A DNA stretch of 40,800 bases from a virus (lineage: Duplodnaviria; Caudoviricetes): the IMG/VR virus record IMGVR_UViG_3300048762_000046, positions 1-40,800 of that record; one strand, 5' to 3'. The notes below the pieces were generated by a model, which saw only the letters and a list, made by a program, of their open reading frames with translations, made no database searches and had not been told where the DNA came from. Below are positions 25,302 to 33,914 of the stretch, in pieces. Made by a program: the position numbers and the translations under genes. Each line of letters begins with the position of its first letter. Positions within the stretch are counted from its first letter, which is position 1.

Positions 25302-25682
25302 TTGGCTGTTTATAACCTGTCACCGATTTACGCTCCGCAGTATATCGCGGCGGCGGCTGCCAAACTGGTCTTCGCCACCCCGGGCCTTCCCTCTGTGGTT
25401 CCCACGCAGATGAACTATCAGATCATGGCCTGCCGAGTGGCGAACATCGACACGGTTCCGGTGAGCCTGGAGGTGTGGCGCGTGCCCAGCGGCGCTGCGC
25501 AAGACAATCAGCACATCATCGTGCCGACCATCAACATCCCCGTGGCCTCGCAGACGTTCCCCTACTTCGACCTGACGGCGCTGTGGGGCGTGACACTTCA
25601 GCCGGGAGACGCGATATGGGCGGTGGCCGGCGTGGCGAGCATGTTGGTGATTCACGCGGACGGGGCGGTCATTACGGTCTGA
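25302..25682 (+). CDS. Small virion structural protein
   Basis: Beta-rich; 'TLQPGDAIWAVA' motif; tail-cluster position. Confidence 0.65.
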   Translation: MAVYNLSPIYAPQYIAAAAAKLVFATPGLPSVVPTQMNYQIMACRVANIDTVPVSLEVWRVPSGAAQDNQHIIVPTINIPVASQTFPYFDLTALWGVTLQPGDAIWAVAGVASMLVIHADGAVITV

Positions 25683-25685
25683 GCC

Positions 25686-26045
25686 ATGGAAATTCGCCTC
25701 ATCTCGCCGCAGGAATGGAAGGATCTGGCTCCGGTATTCGCCTCCGAGGGTGGCCGTCTGCCGGACCCGGCGACGGCCACCGCGGCTGTGGCATATGATG
25801 AGCACGGCCTGGCGGGATTCTGGGCGCTCCAGCAGTGCTGGCACGCGGGGCCGCTCTGGGTGCGACCGGATTTGCGGGGCACCGGGCTGTGGAGGAAGCT
25901 GCACGGCGTGTTCGAAGCCATCTTCCAGCGCCACTCCGGCACGGGGTACTACAGCTTCTCGGGTGAGGCTAAGGTGGAGCATATGTTCCGCGAGCTGGGA
26001 TACAAGGACCTCGGTTATCGTGTGTGGACAAAGGAGGTAGACTAA
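25686..26045 (+). CDS. GNAT-fold acetyltransferase-like protein
   Basis: 'LWVRPDLRGTGLWRKL' acetyl-CoA-binding motif and 'FRELGY'; directly upstream of the ejection genes. Confidence 0.75.
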   Translation: MEIRLISPQEWKDLAPVFASEGGRLPDPATATAAVAYDEHGLAGFWALQQCWHAGPLWVRPDLRGTGLWRKLHGVFEAIFQRHSGTGYYSFSGEAKVEHMFRELGYKDLGYRVWTKEVD

Positions 26046-26933
26046 GTGCCTTTTGGGGGTTTGCTAGTCGCCGGGCTGGTAGGCGCGGGCGCTTCAATCT
26101 TCAGCGGCCTTGAAGGTTCGAGCGCCGCCAAGACCGCATCCAGCCAGGAAGTCAACCAGCAGCAGCAGGCGCTCGACTTCCAGAAGCAGATGTTCTCCAC
26201 GCAGCAGGCGAACCAGGCTCCGTACCTCGCGGCGGGCAGCACGTCCCTCGGCCAGTTGATGAGCGACCTGCAAAGCGGCAAGCTGGGCCCAGGGAGTCTC
26301 GGCGCTGTCCCGCAGTTCACCGGCTCATTCTCAGCGCCCACGCTCGCGGAGGCCCAGCAGACGCCCGGCTACCAGTTCACCGCGCAGCAGGGGTCCAAGG
26401 GTATCCTGCAGGGCGCGGGCGCCGCCGGAGGAGCGATCAGCGGCGGGACTCTCAAGGCGCTCGACAGTTTCAACGCCGGGCTGGCCGACTCCACCTACAA
26501 CGACGTGTTTAACCGGGCTCTCCAGACCTACAACACCGGACTCCAGGGATACCAGGCGCAACTCCAGGGTTACCAGACCGGAGCGAACGCGCAGCAACAG
26601 GGGTTCAACCAGCTGCTCGCGCCCGCACAACTCGGCGAGAACGCGACTTCGAACATCAACCAGACGGGTACCCAGGTTTCGCAGAATGTGGGAAACCTGA
26701 TGAGCCAGATCGGCCAATCCGAGGCCGCGGGCACGGTGGGAAGTTCTAATGCGCTCACCGCCGGGGTGTCCGGGGCGGCCAGTAACGCGGCACAGACCGC
26801 GCAATGGAGCCAAATATTGAAGCTGCTGAACGGTGGGACTACAGGAGGCAAGGCTGTGACGCCCACAGACCTGTCTCTCGGGGCCAATCAGCCAATAAAC
26901 TGGGGCACGCTTTACGGTGGAGTACCGGCATAA
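26046..26933 (+). CDS. DNA ejection/pilot protein (P22 gp7-like)
   Basis: Gly/Ala N-terminus; 'QAPYLAAG', 'TPGYQF..QQG', 'AA.GG.ISG.TLKAL'. Confidence 0.8.
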   Translation: MPFGGLLVAGLVGAGASIFSGLEGSSAAKTASSQEVNQQQQALDFQKQMFSTQQANQAPYLAAGSTSLGQLMSDLQSGKLGPGSLGAVPQFTGSFSAPTLAEAQQTPGYQFTAQQGSKGILQGAGAAGGAISGGTLKALDSFNAGLADSTYNDVFNRALQTYNTGLQGYQAQLQGYQTGANAQQQGFNQLLAPAQLGENATSNINQTGTQVSQNVGNLMSQIGQSEAAGTVGSSNALTAGVSGAASNAAQTAQWSQILKLLNGGTTGGKAVTPTDLSLGANQPINWGTLYGGVPA

Positions 26934-26937
26934 AACC

Positions 26938-28698
26938 ATGGCCAGCATACCACTTGCGATTCAGACACCACCGCCGATCAGCCCGATGCAGAATATCGGC
27001 CAACTGATGCAGGTGCGCGATGCCATGAGCCAGATCGCGCTGCGGAACGCGCAGACTCAGGCTGCCCAGCAGCAGGCGGCGGACGTTCAAGCCCAGGCGC
27101 AGCAGCACGCGCGCGATCTTCAGTCTCAGAACCACATCCAGGAGTTGATGGGCGATCCTAATGTTCAGGCCGAGATCGGATCGGGGAACTACTCGACTAT
27201 CCTAAAGTCCGCTACCCCCACAGTGGCCGATTCGGTTATTAAAAACCTCCAGGCGATGCAGACCACCGCCCAGACTCTCGCCAAAGGGAAGGCGGATTTC
27301 TACGGTTCCGGCAGAGCGATGCTTGGAACGGGCATCCAGGGGCTCGACCCGACAGACGACACCCGCGCCGCCCAGCAGTATAACGACTTCTTGGGCGTCC
27401 TCGGGAAAGAGCACCCGGAACTGGCTCAACAGCTGAAGCCGATCCAGCCCGGACCCGATTTTCGCCAGCAGATCTCCAGCCTGGCGGCCTCGAATGGCGT
27501 TGCGCGCTCGATTCTCGAGAATCAGGCGGCGCTGGAGAAGGAACAGGCGGCCACGGCAGCCTCCGAGGCGTCCTCATCATCCTCTACCGCAACCGCCGCG
27601 AAGACAGTAGCGGAGACTCCGGGCATCGAAGCCGAGGCTGGACTGAAGCAACTGGAGTTCAAGAGAGCGCAGAGCATCACGCCAGAGAGCATCCAGGCGC
27701 GCGCCGCGTTGATGTTCAACCCGGCGGACTACACGGACCCCGCCGTCAAGGCGCAAGTGCTCGCCGAGCGGCGCACGGCTATCGACGCGGCCACGAATGC
27801 GATGGGTCAGGGAGCGCCCGCCGTCAACGCGGCCTTCAAAGACTCTTCGGACCGGCTGGGGAGGCTGACATCGGGCATCGCCAGCGCGCACGCCCAAGAG
27901 CCGATCAAGGTCGAAGTGAACGCGGCCAGCGCGGCAGCTCGGCAAGATGTGCTTCGACCAGATGAGAAAATCACCGCGAACGCTATAGTGGAGGGAAAGA
28001 TTGCACCGGAAACCGCGCGCGCGGCGCTGCGCCGCAATCCTGGCCTACTTGGCGCAATCCTCAAAGCAGATCCGAACTTCGACGAGAGCAACATTGATTC
28101 GCGCTACCAGACGCTCAAGCAATTCACGAACACGGCCACCAGCAGCGCCGGCGGCCAGGTAATCGCGCTCAACACGCTGATCCACCACGCGGATCTCTAT
28201 CAACAGGTCGCGGATTCTCTGAAAAACGGCACGTTCAAGCCAGGGAACTCGGTTTACAACTCGGTGGCGACCATGTTCGGCTCTGCGCCGCCCACGCAGA
28301 CAAATCTCGTAGCCCGATTCCTAGCAGGTGAGACGGGCAAGATCGCCACTGGCGGCGTGCCGGCGGAAGGCGAGATCAATGGATTGCTCAAGAGTCTCGA
28401 CAGCAACAACAGCCCTGACCAAATCTCCAAAGTCGGAAAGACGATACTCCAGATTGCGGCTGGCCGCGCCGTCCCGCTCATGGAGAAGGTTAAGGCCGAT
28501 CACCTGGAAAACGTCGTGCATGTGGTTGGCCCCGATGCGCGCGGGATTCTCGCGGGCCGCGGATTCGACCCGGATACGCTGAAACCGGTTGGCGGGCAGG
28601 CTAACGCAGTCCCGGCAATCACGAGCCAAGCCGAATATGACAGCCTCCCGAAAGGGGCGCACTACACCTGGAATGGCGCGCCGCATGTGAAGCAATGA
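26938..28698 (+). CDS. DNA ejection protein (gp20-like position)
   Basis: Gln/Ala-rich helical protein following the pilot gene. Confidence 0.6.
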   Translation: MASIPLAIQTPPPISPMQNIGQLMQVRDAMSQIALRNAQTQAAQQQAADVQAQAQQHARDLQSQNHIQELMGDPNVQAEIGSGNYSTILKSATPTVADSVIKNLQAMQTTAQTLAKGKADFYGSGRAMLGTGIQGLDPTDDTRAAQQYNDFLGVLGKEHPELAQQLKPIQPGPDFRQQISSLAASNGVARSILENQAALEKEQAATAASEASSSSSTATAAKTVAETPGIEAEAGLKQLEFKRAQSITPESIQARAALMFNPADYTDPAVKAQVLAERRTAIDAATNAMGQGAPAVNAAFKDSSDRLGRLTSGIASAHAQEPIKVEVNAASAAARQDVLRPDEKITANAIVEGKIAPETARAALRRNPGLLGAILKADPNFDESNIDSRYQTLKQFTNTATSSAGGQVIALNTLIHHADLYQQVADSLKNGTFKPGNSVYNSVATMFGSAPPTQTNLVARFLAGETGKIATGGVPAEGEINGLLKSLDSNNSPDQISKVGKTILQIAAGRAVPLMEKVKADHLENVVHVVGPDARGILAGRGFDPDTLKPVGGQANAVPAITSQAEYDSLPKGAHYTWNGAPHVKQ

Positions 28699-30149
28699 GC
28701 GCAGCAGCCCAATGGAAGCCTCCGGACACCGACGCCGTCGCATGGCATCCACCGGCCACCGATGCCGTGAATGGAACTTCTTCCAAGTCCTTCATGGATC
28801 ACCTGTCCGACGCCGCGCGTGAAGTTGGGACGGCCATAAATCCCGTTAACTGGGTGAGAGGCGCCGCCAACGTAGCCGCTCATCCGGTCGATTTTGCCAC
28901 CAACTGGTACGAACAGAACAAACAGATAGGACAAAGGGCGCTCGATTCGTTCCATGCTGGAAACTACGGCGAAGGGCTCGCGCACTCGCTCAACTACATC
29001 ATGAACGCTGTACCGGGACTGGGGGCCGCGTCGGATTCGGCTGGCGAAGCGATCAAAAGCGGCGATTACGGCACGGGAGTCGGCCGGGCCATTGGGACGG
29101 CGCTGGCTATGGCCGGTCCCAAAGCCTTGGGCGACGTCATCCCCCCGGCCGCCGACGCCGTGGCTCCCGCCCTGAAGACCGCCGTTACGCAAGTCCTGGG
29201 GAAGACCACCGGCGCGGGAGCGGTTGCGCTTCGCCAGGCGCTTGAGAATCCCAGCGCGGACCTCACAAACGCCATGCGAGGCGGCGTGAGCGAGATGGAC
29301 ATCCTGGGCCATGCCAAGGACGCCCTACAGAACATCAAAGACGCACGTGCGGAAGAGTACCAGGGGAAGTTGGCGGCGTTGCCAACGACGACCCCCATGG
29401 ATATCACGCCGGTGCGGACGGCGCTCTCCAATGCGCTGGCGAAGCACAACGTGAAAATCGACGCCAACGGGGATCTAGATTTCAGCCGATCCACGATCAG
29501 TGACTCCTCCGCGCAGAATGCCGTCCTTTCGGTGTATAACGACGTGCGCGACTGGGGAACGCAGCCGGAAGACCTCACGCCCAAGGGATTCGACATCCTG
29601 AAGCGTCGGATAGACGACCTCTACGCGCCGACCAGCAACGCGCGCGCGGTGGTGCAGGGCGTCAAAAGCGCAACGCGCGGCGCCCTGAACTCGCAGGTAC
29701 CCGGCTACCAGGACATGACACAGGGATACGCCGAGGCTTCGAAGCGGCTGGAAGAACTGAAGGATCTATCGCTTGAAAGCGCCAACCCCGGAACGGCCAT
29801 TCGCAAGCTGACCACGATCCTGAACCAGAACAACGGATACCGCCAGATGCTCCTGGAGGGGCTGAATCAGAACTCTCCGGTGGACATCCCCGGAGAGGTG
29901 GCCGGACGCGCGTTAGCCCCCTGGATGCCACGCGGGATCATGGGTCCGCTGGCCGGAGCGGGGATCGCCGAGACGGTCTCGCATGGAATCCACCCTTCCG
30001 CGCTTGCCGCGTTGAGTATGACTTCACCCAGGGTGATGGGAGAATTGATGCTGCTGCTGAGCAAGGCGAAGGTCCCGGACCTCGGAGACGCGGGAGTCGC
30101 AGCGGCAACGACCGGAAGCATCGGAAACTTGATGGGAGCCAAACAATGA
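28695..30149 (+). CDS. DNA ejection protein (gp16-like position)
   Basis: Ala/Gly-rich; C-terminal 'TSPRVMGE'; third large gene in the cluster. Confidence 0.6.
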   Translation: MSAAAQWKPPDTDAVAWHPPATDAVNGTSSKSFMDHLSDAAREVGTAINPVNWVRGAANVAAHPVDFATNWYEQNKQIGQRALDSFHAGNYGEGLAHSLNYIMNAVPGLGAASDSAGEAIKSGDYGTGVGRAIGTALAMAGPKALGDVIPPAADAVAPALKTAVTQVLGKTTGAGAVALRQALENPSADLTNAMRGGVSEMDILGHAKDALQNIKDARAEEYQGKLAALPTTTPMDITPVRTALSNALAKHNVKIDANGDLDFSRSTISDSSAQNAVLSVYNDVRDWGTQPEDLTPKGFDILKRRIDDLYAPTSNARAVVQGVKSATRGALNSQVPGYQDMTQGYAEASKRLEELKDLSLESANPGTAIRKLTTILNQNNGYRQMLLEGLNQNSPVDIPGEVAGRALAPWMPRGIMGPLAGAGIAETVSHGIHPSALAALSMTSPRVMGELMLLLSKAKVPDLGDAGVAAATTGSIGNLMGAKQ

Positions 30150-30664
30150 AACGTCTTTTCCTGATTATGGCGCTCGCCGCGCCGCTCTTCGCGCAGACCA
30201 CAATCCGCTGGCGCGCCACCACCGGAGACGTGAGCCTGAGCGGGAGCGCCTACAGCGCCACCGTGCAGCAGCCGACCGTCGCGTCACTCAGCGGCAGCGC
30301 GGCGTATCTGGACCAGGTGCAGGTCTATTGCTCCGTGGCGTGCTCCGTCACCCAGGCGGTGAACGGGGCAGCGGCGACCTCGACCGCGGGCACATTCCAG
30401 GCGCTGCTCCCGAGTCCGCTAAACGTCACCGTGCCTCTCACGTTCTGGACTAACTCGAACGTCGGTACGGGCACGGACCAGGCGGGCATCACGCACGTAC
30501 CGGCTGGCGGCACGGTGATTCTATGTCTCGCGCCATCATGCGGAAACCCTGCGCAGTTCATCGTGGGGCCGGGCAGCGGGACGGCATCAAACTACTCGGT
30601 CACCATTGGATCGGGCGTGACGGGGACCGTGAATATCACCGTGTTTGGCAGGACAGTATCCTAA
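30146..30664 (+). CDS. Signal-peptide-bearing beta-rich protein
   Basis: MKRLFLIMALAAPLFA-Q; two Cys pairs (CSVAC, CLAPSC). Confidence 0.75.
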   Translation: MKRLFLIMALAAPLFAQTTIRWRATTGDVSLSGSAYSATVQQPTVASLSGSAAYLDQVQVYCSVACSVTQAVNGAAATSTAGTFQALLPSPLNVTVPLTFWTNSNVGTGTDQAGITHVPAGGTVILCLAPSCGNPAQFIVGPGSGTASNYSVTIGSGVTGTVNITVFGRTVS

Positions 30665-30666
30665 CA

Positions 30667-31116
30667 ATGAGTGTCCCGATGAATCTCCGAATCGTACTCT
30701 TTGCCATTCTGTGCGTGTCCATCATGATCCTGTCCGGCGCGCAGCCGACCTCTACGGAATGGAACCAATTCCACAGCGAACACATGACGTTGGTTCAGCA
30801 GCAGGCGCAAGCGCTGGTGAGGATAGATGCTTTAGAGAAGGCCCTGGAGGAGCACGAAGCAACACAGTCCGCGTATCCCGCCACCTTGGCGCTGATCGAG
30901 TTCAAACTTGACGGAATCAAGTCGGTATTTCAGTGGTTTATCGGACTTCTGGCTGCTTTCATCATCGGCGGAGTAGGGTTCTTATGGAGACTTCTGAGCC
31001 ACACCAGAACGATAAACGCGAAGTTAGACGTGGCGGCCGGCATCGCCGCAGAAAGAGACGCGAAGCACACGAATCGGGAGCGAGATATTCAACTTGGGCA
31101 GCACAATGACCGTTGA
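30667..31116 (+). CDS. Membrane protein (N-terminal signal/TM, coiled coil, second TM); lysis-related candidate
   Basis: RIVLFAILCVSIMILSGAQ and WFIGLLAAFIIGGVGFLW hydrophobic segments. Confidence 0.6.
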   Translation: MSVPMNLRIVLFAILCVSIMILSGAQPTSTEWNQFHSEHMTLVQQQAQALVRIDALEKALEEHEATQSAYPATLALIEFKLDGIKSVFQWFIGLLAAFIIGGVGFLWRLLSHTRTINAKLDVAAGIAAERDAKHTNRERDIQLGQHNDR

Positions 31117-32452
31117 GTTTTCAGACAAAGTTCGCTTCCTGTTCGAGCCTCACCCGTACAAAATCCTCTATGGAGGGCGCGACGGCATCAAGTCCTGGTC
31201 CATGGCGCAAGCGCTTCTCATTATGGGCGCCCAGCACAAACTGCGCTGGCTCTGCGCGCGCGAAACTCAGCAGTCCATCGCGGAATCCGTGCATCACCTC
31301 CTGGAGGAGCAGATCAACCGCCTGCACCTGAACGCCTACTATCGCGTCGAGAAGGCGCGCATCGTGGGCACGTTCCTGCACAAGACGGGCATGTACGGGC
31401 GGGCCATGACGGAACCCGGATACTCCGAGTTCGTCTTCGCCGGCCTGCGGCACAACGTCAACCAGATCAAGTCCTTCGAGGCCCTAGATGGCGTCTGGGT
31501 GGAGGAAGCGGCCAACGTCTCGAAAAACTCCTGGGAAGTCGTGCTTCCCACGATCCGAAAAGAAGATTCGGAGATTTGGGCAGGATTCAACCCGGAGCTC
31601 GTCACAGACGACACGTACGTGCGCTGGGTTATAAACCCCCCGCCCGAGGCCGTCGTGGTGAAGACCAGCTACCTGGACAACCAGTGGCTCAGCGAGACCA
31701 GCCGAAATAAGATCGAGTACCTGAAGCAGACCGATCCGGAGAAGTTCGAGTTCATCTACGGCGGCAACCCAATTTCCACCGTGGAGGGCGCGATCTTCGG
31801 CAGTCAGATGAAGCAGGCCCAGACCGAGGGACGCATCGGAGTGGTGCCCTACGCCCGCGCGCATCCGGTCCACACCGTATGGGACCTCGGATTCGGCGAC
31901 CCGACCAGCATTTGGTTCCTTCAGGTCTACGATGGCTGGTACAATTTCATCGACTACTTGCAGGGCGACCAGCTCGAGATTTCGGATTACGTGATACAGC
32001 TCCAGAACAAACAGTACGTCTACGGCACGGACTGGCTGCCCCACGATGGAGTGGACACGATCATCCACCACAAGCTGGCCGGAGGCGGAGACCGCTCGAT
32101 GTCGATTGAGATGCTAATGCGCCAGGCCGGCCGGAAGCCGCGCATCGTGCCAAAGATGCTCATCACGGACCAGCTCAACGCCGCGCGCACGATCTTCCCT
32201 CAGTGCCGGTTCGACGAACGCAAGTGCGCCGATGGCATCCAGGCCCTGAAGCACTACCGTTGGCCGCCGCTGAGCGCCGATGGCGTGGCGCAACGAAAGC
32301 CCCTGCACGACGGCGCCAGCCATGCGAGCAGCGCGTTCTGCGGGGCCGCAGTGGCTGTGCGGCAGCCCAAGTTGCAGCCGCCCGCTCCGGAGCATCCGAA
32401 GATGCTCCCGCAGCCGCCGAGGATTTCGGGAGTTTATGCGCCGTTCGGATAG
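31106..32452 (+). CDS. terL: Terminase large subunit (PBSX-like)
   Basis: Walker A variant 'YGGRDGIKS', 'LCARETQQSI', Walker B 'VWVEEA', 'PTIRKE.SEIW..FNP', nuclease 'WDLGFGD'. Confidence 0.95.
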   Translation: MTVEFSDKVRFLFEPHPYKILYGGRDGIKSWSMAQALLIMGAQHKLRWLCARETQQSIAESVHHLLEEQINRLHLNAYYRVEKARIVGTFLHKTGMYGRAMTEPGYSEFVFAGLRHNVNQIKSFEALDGVWVEEAANVSKNSWEVVLPTIRKEDSEIWAGFNPELVTDDTYVRWVINPPPEAVVVKTSYLDNQWLSETSRNKIEYLKQTDPEKFEFIYGGNPISTVEGAIFGSQMKQAQTEGRIGVVPYARAHPVHTVWDLGFGDPTSIWFLQVYDGWYNFIDYLQGDQLEISDYVIQLQNKQYVYGTDWLPHDGVDTIIHHKLAGGGDRSMSIEMLMRQAGRKPRIVPKMLITDQLNAARTIFPQCRFDERKCADGIQALKHYRWPPLSADGVAQRKPLHDGASHASSAFCGAAVAVRQPKLQPPAPEHPKMLPQPPRISGVYAPFG

Positions 32453-32459
32453 GAGAAAT

Positions 32460-32660
32460 ATGCCCTGGACACCCAAAGAGTTCGTGAGCCGCCACAATCA
32501 CAGCCTCTCGCCCGCGCAGGGTGCCCAGGCGTCCAAGGTGGCGAACGCCATTCTGCGCGACACTGGCGACGAGGGCAAGGCTATTCGAATCGGAAATTGG
32601 CAGGCGAAACGCATGAAACGGAAAACCACCATTAGTGAGATGATGAAGGGGGAAAAGTAG
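32460..32660 (+). CDS. Small ChaB/YdaT-like protein
   Basis: 'MPWT...KVANAILRDTGDEGKAIRI'; AGGAG SD. Confidence 0.6.
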   Translation: MPWTPKEFVSRHNHSLSPAQGAQASKVANAILRDTGDEGKAIRIGNWQAKRMKRKTTISEMMKGEK

Positions 32661-32999
32661 ATGGCAGAATCCGAAAAGCACGGTTCCATCAGCCTGCATG
32701 CGCACGGCGACGGGACTTTTCACACATTCAGCCCGTCGCGCAATGGAGACGGGATCGGTTACGGCCCCGAGCGAGAAACGGGCCGCGTGGAGCACAAGAG
32801 TATCGGCGCCGCGCTGATGCACATCGCCAAGAATCACGCGCCCAACGATCACGTCCACGTGGAGGGTCACGAAGACGGCTTCACCAGTCACTCAGTGCGC
32901 GAGGGTGGCCGTGTGCAGGGACCCCACGATCACAGGAACCTCCGCGAGTTGAAGCGCGCGATGTCCCAATTCTTCGACGAAGAGGGCGAGGAGGACTGA
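32661..32999 (+). CDS. His-rich hypothetical protein
   Basis: 112-aa ORF directly after the upstream stop. Confidence 0.65.
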   Translation: MAESEKHGSISLHAHGDGTFHTFSPSRNGDGIGYGPERETGRVEHKSIGAALMHIAKNHAPNDHVHVEGHEDGFTSHSVREGGRVQGPHDHRNLRELKRAMSQFFDEEGEED

Positions 33000-33000
33000 C

Positions 33001-33189
33001 GTGGCAATGCCTCACATCAAGCCGTCCCACAAGGGCCTGCTCCACAAGGAGTTGGGCATCAAGGAAGACGAGCCAATCAGCGTCGGTGAACTGATGCGCG
33101 CGAAGTCGCGCGCGAAGAAAACCGGCAACACGAAGGAAGAGAAGCGCGTCGTATTTGCGGAAAACGCGCGCCACTGGAACCACCGATAG
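33001..33189 (+). CDS. Small basic phage protein
   Basis: 'HIKPSHKGLLHKELG...KR.VFA.NAR.W.H'; GAGGAGG SD. Confidence 0.7.
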   Translation: MAMPHIKPSHKGLLHKELGIKEDEPISVGELMRAKSRAKKTGNTKEEKRVVFAENARHWNHR

Positions 33190-33342
33190 CGTCGGGGACG
33201 CTGAGCGACACCCCGGCAAGGAGACGAGGATCTATGGGTATAGCCTGCTCACGACCGGCGGAAACACCTACGTCAAGGTAATTACCGCGCAGAATGCCAC
33301 CACCGCACAGGGAGTGGGCGCCAGCGCAGCGTCGAGCTAAAC

Positions 33343-33591
33343 ATGGGCCACTGCACCAAATGCGGAACGCCGATTTCCGCCAACAAGGTGCTTTGCCTGC
33401 GCTGCCGGGATGAACTCCTGGCAGCGCAGCGGATCGAGAACAAATACTGGAGGATGGATGGAACGGATATTCAAGTCTCAGGATACGGACGAACTGGTTT
33501 TTCGGGAAGACCCGAAGAAGGCCCCCGTGCCGACTCACATTTTGAAGATTTTCAAGTCCCAGAACTCGGAGATGCTGTTCCGCGCGGATGA
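33343..33591 (+). CDS. Hypothetical zinc-ribbon protein
   Basis: CTKC...CLRC; its 3' half overlaps the next gene. Confidence 0.4.
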   Translation: MGHCTKCGTPISANKVLCLRCRDELLAAQRIENKYWRMDGTDIQVSGYGRTGFSGRPEEGPRADSHFEDFQVPELGDAVPRG

Positions 33592-33913
33592 CGGAATCTG
33601 CATCGGCCAGCGCAAGAATGAAACGGTGATCTTCGGCGAAGAGCCGAATAAACGCAGTTCGCACGTCTTCATCGACGGCGCTAAGGCCGGCGCATGGCTG
33701 GAGGCGTACGCGCAGACCGACCTTCGGAATCGAAAGGTAATGGTGACCGTGCCCGCAGTTACGGTGAAGGCGGGAACGGTTTCCCCGAGCGAAGACACCA
33801 TCGACATCCCCGCCGCCGCCGTGATCGACCGCCAGGACGCGGAGAGCATCATCCAGCTCGCTCCGGGCTGTATTGACCTACCCAAGTACGGAGCGAACCC
33901 GCTGAGGAACTGA
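33458..33913 (+). CDS. Hypothetical protein
   Basis: GGAGG SD; ends 1 nt before the portal start. Confidence 0.65.
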   Translation: MERIFKSQDTDELVFREDPKKAPVPTHILKIFKSQNSEMLFRADDGICIGQRKNETVIFGEEPNKRSSHVFIDGAKAGAWLEAYAQTDLRNRKVMVTVPAVTVKAGTVSPSEDTIDIPAAAVIDRQDAESIIQLAPGCIDLPKYGANPLRN

Positions 33914-33914
33914 C

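Noticed and set aside
33155-33340. Short ORF YGYSLLTTGGNTYVKV...
   Set aside because: It looks protein-like, but the ATG after the SD (33234) is in another frame and closes after 14 codons. It may be a relic, and I cannot support a call.
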